Of a DNA stretch of 64,000 bases, positions 38,672 to 52,104 are shown piece by piece. The notes under the pieces were generated by a model that saw only the letters and a program-made list of their open reading frames with translations, made no database searches and was not told where the DNA came from. Source of the DNA: Vicugna vicugna. Taxonomy: Eukaryota. Position 1 is the stretch's first letter; the number at the start of each line of letters is the position of its first letter. The stretch lies in NCBI GenBank assembly GCA_013265495.1, contig MU058213.1, positions 62,001 to 126,000 of the forward strand, read 5' to 3'. Made by a program: the position numbers and the translations under genes.

Positions 38672-41600
38672 CACACTGTATCTTGAGCTCCCTATGTCAA
38701 AAAAACAGGCCAGATTAATAGCTAACTTTATTATCTAATAGTAAGTAGAATGTACCAGCTCATACAGAGAATCCTAGGCAGGACAGCCTACACGGATGTA
38801 TCTGCCTCTCAAAAAGTCTCAGGAGGCTTAGGAAGCCAGAGATTGAAGGGCCCCACATAACCAACTGTATTCAAAGCCACTGTATTCAGACGAGAGGCCA
38901 TGTTTACCAGCCACACAAAGTTCTATTTCTGAAAAAAAGTCAACAATCAATTAATCAAATATTCCTACTTGGCACAAGCCCCTGCTGTGAGGGACACAGT
39001 GAAGAGAGGTCTCTTCCTTAAGCATACTATAACTCAACTAAAGAACTAAGATCTGGAAGAACTAAGAAGCTGGTCAACAGCACAGGGCACAGTAGTGTAT
39101 GAGTGTCAGCACGTTGAGACAGCCCATAGCCAATTGCATTGAAGTTCACTGAACATTTACTGTATGTGAAGTGCTTTACATGAATTTGATCAGTCAGTCT
39201 CCTCTGAGTCTCCTCTGAGAAGTTGGGTAATGTACCCAGTCACATAGTTAAAAAGTAGTTTCAGGCTTAGGTCCATCTGATTCCAAAGGCCTTGCTCATT
39301 ACCTCCTAGTCCCTGGGGCTTGCAGACTTCAGGGAGTGAGAAACCTTGAGGCTGGCACGGAAGGCAAGGCTTGATGAAGAAGAGGGCTCAGAGCTAGACC
39401 TTAAACAGGGGCAACTCTGAGACAGGCCAGAGAAAGAGAAAGGCAGATCCATAGGAGAGGTTATCAAGAGAGGACAGAGGAGAAAGGAGACAGAGAATAG
39501 AGCAAAGCCAGCCTCTCGGATACAGCTGTTTGGGGATGAAGGAGAATGGGTGAAGATAACTGCCTTGTACACCATAGCAACATGCCCCACCCTTCTTGTT
39601 CCTTGTAAAATACCACATTCTTACACAGAAAGACTTGGAGAGGGAATTACAAAAAGAGTCAAGTGGAAGGAAATCTGGCTTTTCCTTTGCCCTCTTTCTG
39701 CCCCTCTCTTGGCCTCAGGGCAATATCTCAAGCACTCCACCCATCCAGCACACTGTGCATACCACAGCCTTTTGAGTCCTGTATCCCAAGAGGGGCAGCA
39801 TCCTGGCCTGAGGTTGTCAGATAAAGCCTGGCTGGTTCCAAGAGGAATTGGAACTTCGCTCCTTCTACTGGCTGTGGGCTTTGAACTAGAGGGAATGGAG
39901 AGGTGTGTATCAGGTTCCACTCACTCTCCTGACCACTGGACAGGCAGCCTTCCAAGGAAGATGGGGCCAGTTCTGCAGCATAAGCAGAGTTGCATTCTGA
40001 AGCCCTACCACCACTACGCACACATCGTTTCACACAGACATGCCCTCACTAAGCAGCCTTTCCTTCATTAATCTGTTCATTCGCTCATTCAACAAGTAAT
40101 TACTGAGTGGCTATTTCAAGCCAGGGACTGTGCTAGGTGTTGAGAGAGACAGGGCTACACAAGATGTGACCCCTTCCCTCAGGAGCTGGAGACTCTGTTG
40201 TTAATGGTGGGCATTGGTGGCAGGAGGTCAGGCAATAATAACTGTAATGAATATTAGGATAAAGAAAAGCTCAGGAAGCTCCATGGAACTCCAACTGCTC
40301 AAACCACAAGCTTCTTGTCTTGTTCATTTCTGTACCTCCAACACCCATTACTGTGCCCAACTGTTCAGTAAATTTTAGTGAATTAAATGAAGATCTTACT
40401 GGGGCTGACCTCCAACTCTTATCTCCCTGTAGCTTCTCCCCATCAGTCTTAAGCCTGATGGTTGGCATCCTAAGCCTAGCTGAAAAGACGTGACGATATA
40501 TGGCAATTCTTCAATAGATCATAGTAAGTTATAGTCGGGAGGAACTAGATGACATTGTCTGGGTCACCTCCATCCCCTCCCAAATATCATGTCCCCATAG
40601 TTGAGGTCCTTCATAAACCACTTGGACCTTCACACTTTCTTGATTCCTCATCCTGTGTGCTCTTTTAAGAATATGCAAATTGGTCAATATCCCAATTAAA
40701 AGTCAGGAATCCAGACGTTGACATAGAACCCTGACAGCTCCAGCTGGCTCAATGGCAGGGAACCACCTCCTCCTCTGAGATCATGGGATGTGGAAACAAA
40801 ATCTTGGCTTCTAGTTGGATCTTCCCACACCACTTCCCTGGGGCCCCAGGAAGGCAGAGCCATCATAGAGAAAGCTGAGAAAGATAGGGAGTGAAGAGAT
40901 CCTCTGAGGAGACTGAGAAGTGACTCTGCATTGGGGGAACAGTGGTCCTTGAGGCACAGCAAGCATATGCAAAAAAGGAGGGGGTGTGGAGGGGTAGCCA
41001 GGAGGTATGAGGCAAATGCCCCCTCCAGTAAGACAGGCTAAGTAAGGTCCAGAAGGGGCCTGGCCAGAGTTCCAACCCTTCAGCCAGAAAGCACCTCAGA
41101 ATCAGTCCAGGGTGGTCCTGGGACATGCTCAGAGCCCCCCAGCTTGTAGCAACAGGATAGGGTTAGAACCAGGTCTCCTGATGTCCATTCTGGAGTTTTA
41201 TTTTTCTCATCACTCTGCTGCCTTCCAGATATGGATCTCATGGTAGAGTTCTTGGCCTGTCACATCCTAAAAATTTCCCTTCATAGATGCTTGCCAGAGA
41301 GGGCTGGGTTTTTCTGATTCTGATGGATGGCTCCTTTAACCCTCCAATGCCAGCTGTTTCCCTTTCTCTGTCCACCTGCCTGGGAAAGATCGAGTGGGGT
41401 CTTCAGTGGCCACATAAGGCCTTGTGACTGCAAGGAGGAATGATAGGCAGCCTGGGACCCAGCCCAGCGCAAACCTCCCAGGGACAGTGGGCACACGCCT
41501 TGGCATCTGGGCATGCTGATCCTTTTCTCCAGAGAGGGCAGTGTCGGGGGAGGAAGGGGTGGAATCCAGCCACTTCTCAGGCCCTAAGAATTCCTGCTCT

Positions 41601-41861
41601 CCCCCTCAGTCTGCTGACCCTTGTTCTGCTCGTCTGGGCCACAGCAATGCCCACGGGCAAGGCGGGAGGTGGGGGATGGGAATGGAGCGAGAAGCCGGTT
41701 TGCTGGTATGCTTGGCCGGGCACTGGGAGCGTGAGCCCTGCCCACCCCTCCTCCGCGGGCTGTCGCCACTTGCTTCGCTCCCCCTCTCCACCCGCCTGTC
41801 CCTCCGGGCTGCTCAGGCGCCACCACTACTGTCCCCAACCCGCCCTGCCAGTCAGGCCAAA

Positions 41862-41917
41862 GGGCGGCGTGACTCACGGCGCTGCCACCAGCCCACGGCT
41901 TGCCCACGGCGTATAAA
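41862..41917 (+). promoter_or_regulatory. GLDN: GLDN core promoter: GC box, AP-1 site, TATA box
   Basis: GGGCGG 41862-41867, TGACTCA 41870-41876, TATAAA 41912-41917 about 60 bp before the ATG (implies TSS near 41940-41945). Confidence 0.75.
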
Positions 41918-41977
41918 GGCTTCCCCGGGCGGGAGGCAGCCGAGCCCTACCCGACCCGAGGTGTGCAGAGAGAGAAC

Positions 41978-42340
41978 ATGGCACGAGACGGGGAGCGAGG
42001 CCCCCGGGGCGCGGGCTGGGGGATGCGCGGAGCCCTGGCTGCCGTGGCGCTGCTCTCGGCGCTCAATGCTGCGGGCACGGTGTTCGCGCTGTGCCAGTGG
42101 CGCGAGCTGAGCGCGGCGCTGAGGACGCTGGAGGCGCAGCGGGGCCGGGAGCAGCGCGAGGACAGCGCCCTGAGCGCCTTCCTTGCGGAGTTGAGTCGCG
42201 CACCGCGTCGAGCGCCCGCGCCACCCCCGGACCCCGGGAGCGCCGCGCGCAACAAGCGCAGCCACCGCGGGGAGCCCTCGCAGCACATCCGCGCCGAGAG
42301 CCACGACATGCTGATGATGATGACCTACTCCATGGTGCCG
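41978..42340 (+). CDS. GLDN: Gliomedin exon 1 (coding part, 121 codons): short cytoplasmic tail, type II transmembrane segment, coiled-coil region, furin site RNKR (aa 91-94)
   Basis: ATG in strong Kozak context (AACATGG) at 41978. Translation [65 protein letters not shown]...[31 protein letters not shown] closely matches the gliomedin N-terminus as I know it. It ends at phase-0 donor CCG|GTAGGC (42340/42341). Later exons (collagen, olfactomedin) not seen in the window. Confidence 0.97.
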
Positions 42341-43949
42341 GTAGGCGGGGGCTGGACTCCCTGTGGCGCCCCCGTCAGGATGGGCAGCCGGCAGTGCAGG
42401 GAGAGAGCCCCGAACGTCCTCTCCTTCCCTCGCCAGACGGCGAGGTGCCGTGGGGAGAGGCCCTGGGTGTGAGTCCAGCTGGGGAGGTCACCTTGGCGAG
42501 CACCTTAGCCCTCTAGGGTCAGTTTCTTCGTCTGCTAAGTGGGGGAGGGGTGAAGGGGTAAGTCTTCCACCTCTGACGTCGTTCATCTGCAGATAAATGA
42601 GGGGAGTAGGCAGTGTTTTTAAGAGCCTGCTTCCTAACTTTGGACACAAGTTTTCACCTCCTGGTGTGACAGGAGCCACAGCGATCCCTGGTCTCTGCTT
42701 GCGCGATTGATAGGGGCCCCCTGAGAACACAGAGGTAACATTTCTGAAAGAGCACAGGCTTCTTCAATAAACGGATTCTTTCCCTGGCATAATCTAGTAG
42801 TCTGGCTTTTCATATGGCCTCAGCCCAGCCCCAGGAGACTGCCCACCTAAAGTTTTGGTGTAAGTAAAGACAGTCAGCCCTAATTTTAACAATCCCCGGA
42901 TCTTTTTTTGCGGAGGAAGTTACTCGAATCTAAACCGGTTACAAATGGGAGAAATCAGCATAGAGCAATTTTCTTTAAGTGCAGTGTCAAAGCTGAGGTT
43001 CTTCCTACCGGCTCCAAGAAGTCTGTGTGACTCTAGAAAATGTCAATGTGTTTTCTCACAGGCGCGTGCGTCTGGGGAGAGTCCATAGCTTTTCAATAGA
43101 TTTTCAAAGGAACTCCATTGTACTCCCCCCACCCCCCAAAATTTAAGAAACACTGATCTAAAGGACGTCTTCAAAGCAAAGGCTCAAAAATCTTTTTTCT
43201 AGTTTCGACTTTCTCTGCTTTTGCTGATTTTAACTCAGTAACTATCTAAACAATTACATTTAGATCACATTATAGTTGCCTATTCCATTTCATTATCCAT
43301 TACAACCACCATGGACTTATTTCACTTTAAAATTACAAAGATTTCAGTTCCATCACCTCTAGTCAAGTGTGAGCTGTATACTTCAGGATCCTAGGTTCTG
43401 GAAGATAAATCCACTTATCCTGTTACCATAGAAGCTTTTAACTATCTTACACGAGCTGAAGTGCTTTTGAAACTACGTGGAAGTACTACACATTTCAAAC
43501 ACATATTTTGAGAAAGATCACATTTTTCATCCCTGGATTCGTTTTTTTTATCCACGTTATGATTTAAAAATCTAAGCCCAAGCTAAAATTTCAAAAAGAC
43601 TTCTGTAAAATGTAGAAATCTTCTTAGGGGAATTCACTCTTTCTCTTGGCTCTCCACCACGCATGTTGAGGGGGTTTTGAAACCCTCCAAGAGGGATGCA
43701 TCTGAGCAACAATGTTTTATATTTTTAATCCTGCTTTTACAGTAGAGGCTTGTGTATCCAAATTGCAACCTGTTCAGTCACTAACTCAAGAGAACGCAAC
43801 AGAGACTCACTTCTGTGTCAATCTGAAAGCTAGATTTAACTACCACCACCTGCTCTGTTGCAGGTCAAAGAGCGGAAACATTACATTCATCAGGCTGAGA
43901 AGCATTTGTAGATTATCCCCAACTCAACCCACTTGAAGCTGACCGTCAT

Positions 43950-44070
43950 CAGGAAGGCATGCAGATTCTGATTCAGAAGGTCTAAGTTGGGGCCTGAGAT
44001 TCTGCATTTGTAACAAGCTCCCACTGACATCAGTGTTACTGGTCTGAGAACCACTTTGAATTGCACTATT
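43950..44070. mobile_element. MER5A-like hAT fragment
   Basis: CAGATTCTGATTCAG...GGGGCCTGAGATTCTGCATTTGTAACAAGCTCCC...GAACCACTTTGA. Confidence 0.75.
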
Positions 44071-44654
44071 CTAGAGCAGTGGTTACACTGCTATATTCAG
44101 ACTAATTTCAGCGTTTCAAAAAGTCTTCCAAAATGGCTCATTTACCCAAGATGAGCCTTCTCAAGCCAACCGATACTTCAAAGTTCTGTGCTTTTGGCTG
44201 AAAGTACATCAACTCAGCATGGTAATTCTGGTTAGCACATTCTGACCAGAAACTGGTTGGCAGCTAAAATTTTGTTAAAAGAAATTTTGTTAAAACATAA
44301 CTAATTATTACTTAAGTACAGTTAGTTTGGTACAGCCAAACACATTAAATCTTTCAATGTAAGTGGGTACTTTAGAGAAAAGTTAACAAAAGAAAGCCCA
44401 GGTACCACTGAATTAGACCACTAATGGAAACCCATCTGCCAGGAGCTCCTGCAGGTGATGCTGCTTCTTTTTAGTCTCCACTCCCTCCCCACCCTTCTTC
44501 TCACTCCTTCTCCCATCAGCTGCGCTCTCTCATCTCATTCTTCAAGTCTCACCCTTACGGATGTCCTGGTAGCTTTAGCCTACTGCCTGAGATCTCGGGT
44601 TGAGCACCCAGTAGGAAGAAAGTTTTACTTCTCACCATGTGCATCTTAACATGC

Positions 44655-45735
44655 TTTACATTGAAGATTTACATTTAAAAAGTGAAACTCTGAAACTGCT
44701 AGAAGAAAATACGAGTAAATTCATTTTTAATCTTGAAATGGGGAATACCTTTCTTTCAAACTGTAACTCAAAACCTAGTTGCAAACAATAAATAAGTGAA
44801 TTTAACCACATTTTAAAAACCCACACAACCACAGCAAAACTTTTGGCAAATAACAAACAAAAAAAAAAATACCATAAATAAAGGCAAAAGATAAATGACA
44901 AACTGGAAAGAAATAATTGCAGCTCATGTCATAGGTAAAGGGCTAATCTTCTGAATATATATGTAGCACTCCTAGTAGTTGATTTAAAAAAAATTTAATA
45001 GGGAAATCTGCAACAGAAATAGGAATCTGACAGGAATATGGAATGGAGAGTTCTCAGGGAAAAAATTACAAATTTCTCTTAAACATGTAAGAGAAGAATC
45101 CTTGGTTTAAAAATGCAAATTACAACTGCTCTGAAATAATTTTCACCTGTCAGAATGACAAAACTTTGAAAGTTTGACAACATCCTGTTGCGGAAGCTGG
45201 AGGGAAATAGACACGCTCTTGCATTGCTGTTTGGAGTACAAAATGGTACAACCTAAATTTAAGGCAATTTGGGAATGCCCCGAAAGACTACCAGTACATT
45301 TACCCTCTGACCCAGTAATCTCTTTTGTGGGAATTTGTCCTGCACAACAGACTGTATCACCTATGAAATGACATATGCACATATAGTCATTCATTGCAGA
45401 GTGTTTGTAAAAGCAAAAGACTATTAACAACCATCGGTACAGGACTAGTTAAGTAAACTGACCTACACACCCACTGAGATACCAGATAAAACAAGAATGA
45501 GTGAATTCTTTATGTATGGCTGTTAGAACAATCCCCAGGATATATTTTAAGTGATAAAAACGAGTCACAGAAAAACATATATTGTATTACCTTGCATAAG
45601 GAAGAAGGGGGAAAAAAATAAGTGAAACTAACGAAAGTGCTTACTTAGGGAGGGTGGGTATAAGGTGGAAATTAGCCTTTCCCTGCATAGCTTTGTATCT
45701 TATTTTGACTTTTGAACCATGTGACTGCGTTACTC
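44655..45735 (+). mobile_element. Old L1ME-type 3' fragment
   Basis: Degenerate ORF2 C-terminus (DTLLHCCLEYKMVQP...LPSDPVISFVGICP) followed by an A-rich 3'UTR. Confidence 0.75.
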
Positions 45736-46629
45736 TTATTGTATGGAAAGGCCATAAGCACAAGGTTTCATGGCAGCTGCCACCAGGCTAGGGGGCCGTA
45801 GGGCACAGGCGGGACTGTGCCAGCCTGAGGTTCATGTGTTCTTTCTGAAGGGGAGGCTTTAGCTGATGGTTGCTGCACAAGAACGAGAACCCTCTACCTG
45901 ATCATTTGATTTTGTCAAGAGAAGTCAAAAAACCTGACTTTTTATGTGAAATTTCTTGGCTTTTAAGTATTGACAAAAATTCCGCCAAAATGCTTTTTAA
46001 TTGGCTGACAGTGTGTTGGCCAAACAACACTCACATTATGAGAGGCCACGCTAGGACTTCCAAGCTTAGTTTGCAGCAAGCTTCTCATAATCATGAGTGG
46101 TTTCGAACCAAAAATAGCTTTACTTAGTTCCACCACAGCCCCGCCCCACTGATTTTCCCAGCCAGTTCTGAAAAGACAGTATTATTTGTGCCATTGTTAC
46201 CAATGTGGGTTAAGTGGAGATGGTCTTCTGCTGTTGGTTTGGTTTGGGTTTCATTTTGTTTGTTTTTGGCTGTTTCTAAACATCAACTCCACCTTCCATG
46301 GCTAGAGATTTGCTGTCACTGTGGCTTTTCAGCAGCATGTGCTCCGATTCTGAGGGTCGTTCTCAAGGAGGAGATTCCAGTTATGTTAAGCAATAATGTG
46401 CTGTAGCAAACAGCGCTGATGTCATGATGACTGCTGCGAGGCACTTATATGGATCTGTACATTATCTTGCTGACAGGGGACACAAATCACGTTACTTGTA
46501 GTCACAGCTCCTGTTTGCATGGATGCTGAATTTCCTTGAAGGCCCTAAGTGCGCTCTGGCCGGGGTCACCTGCCTTTCCCACCCCTTGGACTGGGTCACT
46601 TCCATCATGTAAAAGCTGAGGATTTAGAC

Positions 46630-46962
46630 CGGGGTCAACAAAATGTGGCCTAAGTTCAAATCAAGCCTGCTGCTCGTTTTGTGTAGCTCATGACATGGCA
46701 GGTTTTTACATTTATAAATGGTTAGGGGGAAAGCCGCAAGAAGAATAATGCTTAATGACATGTGAACATTATAAGAAATTCAAGTTTCAGTAACCATAAA
46801 TTAAGTTTATTAGAACACCACCATTCCCACTTGTTTATGTGCTGTCTCTGGCTGCTTTCACATGGCAACCACAGAAGTGAGTAGCTGTAACAGAGACCAT
46901 ATGGCTCACAAAGCCTAAAATATTTTGTCTTGTCCTTTTCGGAAAAAGCTGGCTGGCCCCTC
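46630..46962. mobile_element. hAT-Charlie non-autonomous DNA transposon (MER58B-like)
   Basis: Degenerate TIRs (CGGGGTCAACAAA / CTGGCTGGCCCCTC), MER58 core (GTAACAGAGACCATATGGCTCACAAAGCCTAAAATATTT) and perfect 8-bp TSD ATTTAGAC at 46622-46629 and 46963-46970. Confidence 0.9.
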
Positions 46963-49900
46963 ATTTAGACAGTGACCCATGAGAACGGAGGGAATACTAG
47001 GGGTTGTTCCTTTGGAGAGCCCAGGTACTAAATTAGCATTGTTCTAGCGTTAGATTAACCCTGGGGTTTAAGACCTCCCCCAAGGAGGGCAGAGTTGACC
47101 TGAGAATGTAGTTTCACCCTGGAGGGAGGCTGTAGAGCTGAGCGGGCCTTCAAGCATTGTTCCTTCTGGGCTGACTTCCTAAGTCAAGAGAAGTCAGTTT
47201 TGGGACAGCTTTTAACTCCCCATTTATCCCCACATCTACGTCTTGTTTCACATTCCGCCTGTCCTCTTCAGCTGAAGGGAAGAGACTTACACCCCATTAG
47301 GTCCTGCAGTATGGAGTGGGCCCTGCTGAGAGTTCAGAGGTTTGATACAGCAGAACAAAAAAAGGCAGGGCAGCCAAAGTGGTAAACCCCCGTGCAGAGC
47401 CTGGGAGGTGGGTTTCCGCATGTGCTTGTGGGCACTTGGGGTGTCACACCTGACGCTGTGGGGTCAGTCTGCATGTCAGAGGTCATTTCCAGGTATCAGT
47501 GAAGAGAGAACTTGAAGCCACATCTCTGCTGAGACTGCATCTGGTGTTGGTACTGGGAACACATCCATATACCTAACATGTGTGTCGAGTCACAATGGTA
47601 TGTGAGGAAGACCAGAGAGAGGTGGCCCCTTAGCCACACCCTTCAGACACTTTCTTCACTGACACATATTTTGTAAACATGCAAATGAAACATTCAGTGT
47701 AGATGTATAGTTGTCATGATTCTCTAAGTACTTCTGTAAGAAATAAATGGTTCAAGACTGAGCATCTGGACCCATGAGGACAAGGAAATTGTGTTGACCG
47801 CATGAATGGCATTAAACTGTCTGGACCTGCTCTTAGATCCTGGAGCTATCAGAAAGCTCCTAGTCTCTTTTTAGCCAAAGCAGCAGAGGTGAGGGCAGTG
47901 GGACAAGTCTGCTGAGCCTTTACAGCCTGAACAGGATGGACTCCCTCTCATTGTCCATTCTCATCTTTATCTGCTTTTCCCTGCCTTTCTTTCAGCGTTC
48001 ACTGCCATATGCCAGGGATAAAATGGATACTTCCCTTTGGAACTCAAAACCACGTGCCCCTCTGGAAAAGTACCACTCCACTCTGGGGAGACAGCAGAAC
48101 CCCCCAGATCTGCCTGTCATTCTGCACCACTGCCTGCTAGACCACAGGCTGAGAGATCCTTGGGTGGAGGACCTTTTCTGGGTGAGGTCCAAAACAACTT
48201 CTCAGTTCATGGGTCTCCCAGTGCCGAGGGGCTGTTCATCCTCCCCGGTGCCCTTGTCTTACAGTCTCTCTTTGACTGGCCCAGGCTCACCTCCACGTGG
48301 TTCTGCTGCCACCTTCAGCCATTGTGTGTCTGCCCTTAACTTGAGTGACCTGGAATTCCTTCTTCATGGTTAAGTTCCCAGCCAAATTCTCTCTCCCTGA
48401 TACTTCCCTGGGGTATGTTGTGCTGATGAGTGGTATGGACCCAGGAGTCAGATGGATTCACATCCTGGGGCCATCTCTTGGTAGCTGGCGACTTTGGGCA
48501 AGTCTTTTAACTTGTCCAAGCCTGAGTTTCCTCCTCTGTAAGGATGAGATCACAGTATGCATCTCTCAGGGTTGTTAAGAGGCTTAAGAGAAATGATATA
48601 GGTAAAGTACAGCACCTGGTATATTCAGGATTCCAGTAAGTGTTCATTGTTGCTGTTACAGAAATTGATCACTGTTACTTTATCATTAGCCCTCCTTGCC
48701 CCATGCTCTCAGCATCTTGTTTCTGGGTTACTATCTCCAGTTCCTTCAGAACGCCAAGTTGTCTGTTCATATGTGCTTTTATCAGCTGCTGTTTAAGGGT
48801 AATATTTGGCCTCTTGGAGCCTAGATTGGCATCACACCAACCTAAATCATCTTGTCATTGAAAACAAAACAAAATTAGCCTTGATATGACCACAGGGCTT
48901 CTTCAGCAATTCTGGCTTTCCTGGGACCTCACCCCTTCTTCATGGCCACTGATGACACCCACTAAGAGAGAGTCATCTTCACCCGCTTTCTGACTGGTGT
49001 AGCTGTTTTTCACTTCTCTTGATTCCTACTGGTGGCAGTCCTAGAAGAAGTTTTGAATACTTTCATTTAGAAAACTGACAAAATGTGAGTGGAAGGTAGG
49101 GGAAAAAAAAAGAGTGAAAGAGAAAGAACTTTTAAGAAGAGAGAGCAGTTTACTTCCTAGGGGTCTCAAGTTCTCCAGGGTGCGGGTACCTTTGTGTCAA
49201 CCATCAAGACAGTCTTTAGATCTGATAAAACATACTTATCCGGGAGGAAGAAAAAAAGACATTTTTTCTCTACATTCCTCAAACTCTCCTTCCCTTCCCC
49301 CTACCAAAAAAATCCTTGGCTTAATCTAGTTGACATTCAAGCTTAATTTACATTCATTTTATCTACAGACGAAAGGTCATGTGGTGTAAAACAAGCCGAA
49401 GCTTTTAGGTTGTGATTCTGATACAAAGGGAGCATTTTTCAGCCCATCAGTTGCTCTTTTTATGTAGCAATTTTGGTTTTAACAGCTCTATATTTTAAGT
49501 AGATGTAATTTACTCCTAGTTTAACTAAAGTTCAAGACATAATTTTCTTTACTGAAAGGTAGAGTTAAAACAACAAGGCCAACTAAAGATCATTTAAAAT
49601 GCTATTTGCAAAATTTATTCTGAATGCAATAGATAGAGTAACCCCTTCAATCCTGCCACTCAGAAAGTTCCTTGTACTCATCAAAGTGCTGGGAGCGTTG
49701 GAGACCCTGCCTGGGCTGTATGTGAAAACTGTGAAGTACTTGGAAATGCGATGTGGATAACTGTACCCAAACTAAAGTGATCAACTAGCAACTGCAGAAT
49801 TATTCCCCGGTTTTTCAGTACCTTAATGGATTAGTATTGGAGTCTGGAATTCTTTTCACTCAAAGATGGAAAATGTCCTCTCCCTCTAGGCAACACTTGA

Positions 49901-51268
49901 GGACCCATGGAGTCAATCCCTCTGAACAGGGACACCTTTAGACAAAAATCCTTTACAGTGAGCATCAGGGCAGTGGAGAAGAGAGAAAATCGATCCTTAC
50001 TAAAGTGATAAAGAAAGGTTTCATGGAGGTGACAGACCTTGGAGTGGGTGATGCAGAGTTGGTGAGATCTGAGCAGGCAAGGAGGGCAAATCATTCCAAG
50101 TGCAGGTCGTAACTTAAGCCAATGTCTAGTGGCTGGAATGAGCATGGTACAAGACTGGAAGAGCAAGCAGCTTCCTGCACTGGGGAGTTTGGGCTGTGGA
50201 AAGGGAACTAGGGTTGGCTAGGTTAGAGATAGACTAGAATTTCCACTTTTGAGAAGTTGAGAATGAATCTGATCGGCAATTTGGAGAAATTTAGACCCTT
50301 TTCCAGGGGTCAGTCATAAAGAAAGTGGTTTTATAGGATGGGTCTGGTGGTGCAATGCAGCAGAGACTGCAGAGGAGAGAGACAGAGACAAGAAGAAAGT
50401 TAGGAAGTTACTGTATTAGTTCAGGCAAGAAACGATTCTGTCTGGCTAAGGTGGTGGCATCAGAAATGGGGAAGAAGATATATATCCTAGAAATACCAAG
50501 AAATAAGAATGAATTGAACTTGGTAACTAATTGGATATAAGAAAGAGAAAAGGGCCACCTGATCCAGATCCACCTACTACTCTGAAGGATGGTGGCATCA
50601 TGGGCAGAATTGAGGAAACACTAAAGTGGGTTAGTTTAGAAGTGAGGATGTTGAATTTGCTTTGAGACTGAATGCAAAATGAAAAGAGAGGGAAAAGAGG
50701 GAGGAAAACCAAGGAATGAGAGAGTATTCTGGGAAAGGGAAATCAGGGAATTTCCTGCTTCCAAGAAATCTGTCTTCCCCATGAAAGAGGTCTTTACAAG
50801 TCTAAAAAGCAAAAGGCAGACCCCAAAGCCTTTATAATGAGCACTGGAATCACACTATGTTTACTCCTCATTCCCCTATTAGCTGTGTGACCTTTAACGG
50901 GTCACTCAACCTCTCTGTGTCTCAGTTTCCTCATCCTTAAAAAGGCAATGATGGCAGTATCTATCTTAGTTGTCAACATAAGGATTCAACTCAATAATCC
51001 ATGTGAAGTCTTTAGCATGGTACCTGGAACTCAATATGTCTTAGCTTGTTGTTACTGATATTTAGTATTTTTCAAATCCCTCCTTTCTGTACCTCAGGGA
51101 ATAGTGAAGCCTTGTAATTAAAAAAAAAAGATTAAATCAATAAAACTTGCCAAAGAAAGGACAGATTCTAGGAATACTCCAACATTTAGAATCTTGTGTG
51201 ATCAGGGAAATACACAGACCTCTAGAAAGAATGTTTCCCAGATAGTCATTATTTTCTGGTTCATGGAT

Positions 51269-51271
<3 letters not shown>

Positions 51272-51302
<31 letters not shown>
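51272..51302. repeat. (AC)n microsatellite
   Basis: About 15 perfect units. Confidence 0.95.
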
Positions 51303-51305
<3 letters not shown>

Positions 51306-52104
51306 TTGGATATTGGATTTAGGGAAGTAAATCATACTAAACATAATTTGCAAATATTTTTATTTTTATTCATGTCTGTTGCGAACTCATGTATTCATTC
51401 ATTGACCAAATCTTTTTAACCCACAGCATAGCATGTTTGTCTAACCATCAGTCCCATCCAGCCAGTGTTCTGATGCTAACAGGCATCAGTTGTTGTTTTG
51501 TGGTTGAGCATCTCACCCCAAGGTCCTCCTCCAAATATTTTCTGGCCAACCACTTGAAGCTGTTCCCTGTGCAGAGGGAGGAGGGGGCTGAGCAGGGAGT
51601 AGGTTGACAAAATATCTTCACAAATGTTTTTGCTATGTACAAAGAATGCCAAAGGGCAGAGTTTGGGATAATGGACTAATTCTTTGTCTATTAGCCCAAC
51701 AATGGACAAGTTACTTAGCTATGGTTTATGTATACTTTTCTGACTATAAGCTGAAGAATGCTTAGATAAAAATAAAAAGTTATCTGAAGATGCTTGTTGA
51801 AAGGAACAATATGAGCACAAAATATTGTTATTAACTGTTATGAAAGATTATTCCCTCAGTACTCCTGCTTCAGAAAACTCCCCTATTAGAGGCCTGGGGG
51901 AGACAAGTGACTCTTAGCTCGCTTCAAAACACTCATCGCTTGCACCCCTAACCTCTTCTACACTTATTAGCACTTATTGTCTGTATCACACAACTAAAAC
52001 TTTGTTTGTGTACAGTTTTGGTCTCTAACTTGTCACCTTTAGTCACTTTATCTGTTTAAATACATCTTAACGGCTCCTTGCAGTGAGGTATTTGATGAAT
52101 AACT

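Larger units (their letters stand above)
41680..42480. promoter_or_regulatory. GLDN: CpG island spanning the GLDN promoter and exon 1
   Basis: Abrupt rise in GC content and CpG density against the CpG-depleted remainder of the window. Edges approximate. Confidence 0.9.

Noticed and set aside
39550..40071. 173-aa ORF
   Set aside because: Non-ATG start, no recognisable homology, composition like non-coding DNA.
1..41000. CYP19A1 coding exons or brain exon I.f
   Set aside because: No P450 coding sequence or I.f-like sequence seen; by synteny these should lie to the left of the window.
41900..42472. 190-aa ORF from the ORF track as a complete protein
   Set aside because: It starts at a TTG upstream of the TATA box and reads through the splice donor. 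Only 41978-42340 is real GLDN coding sequence.
41440..42516. Several overlapping 107-189 aa ORFs on both strands
   Set aside because: By-products of the stop-poor, GC-rich CpG island; no recognisable domains.
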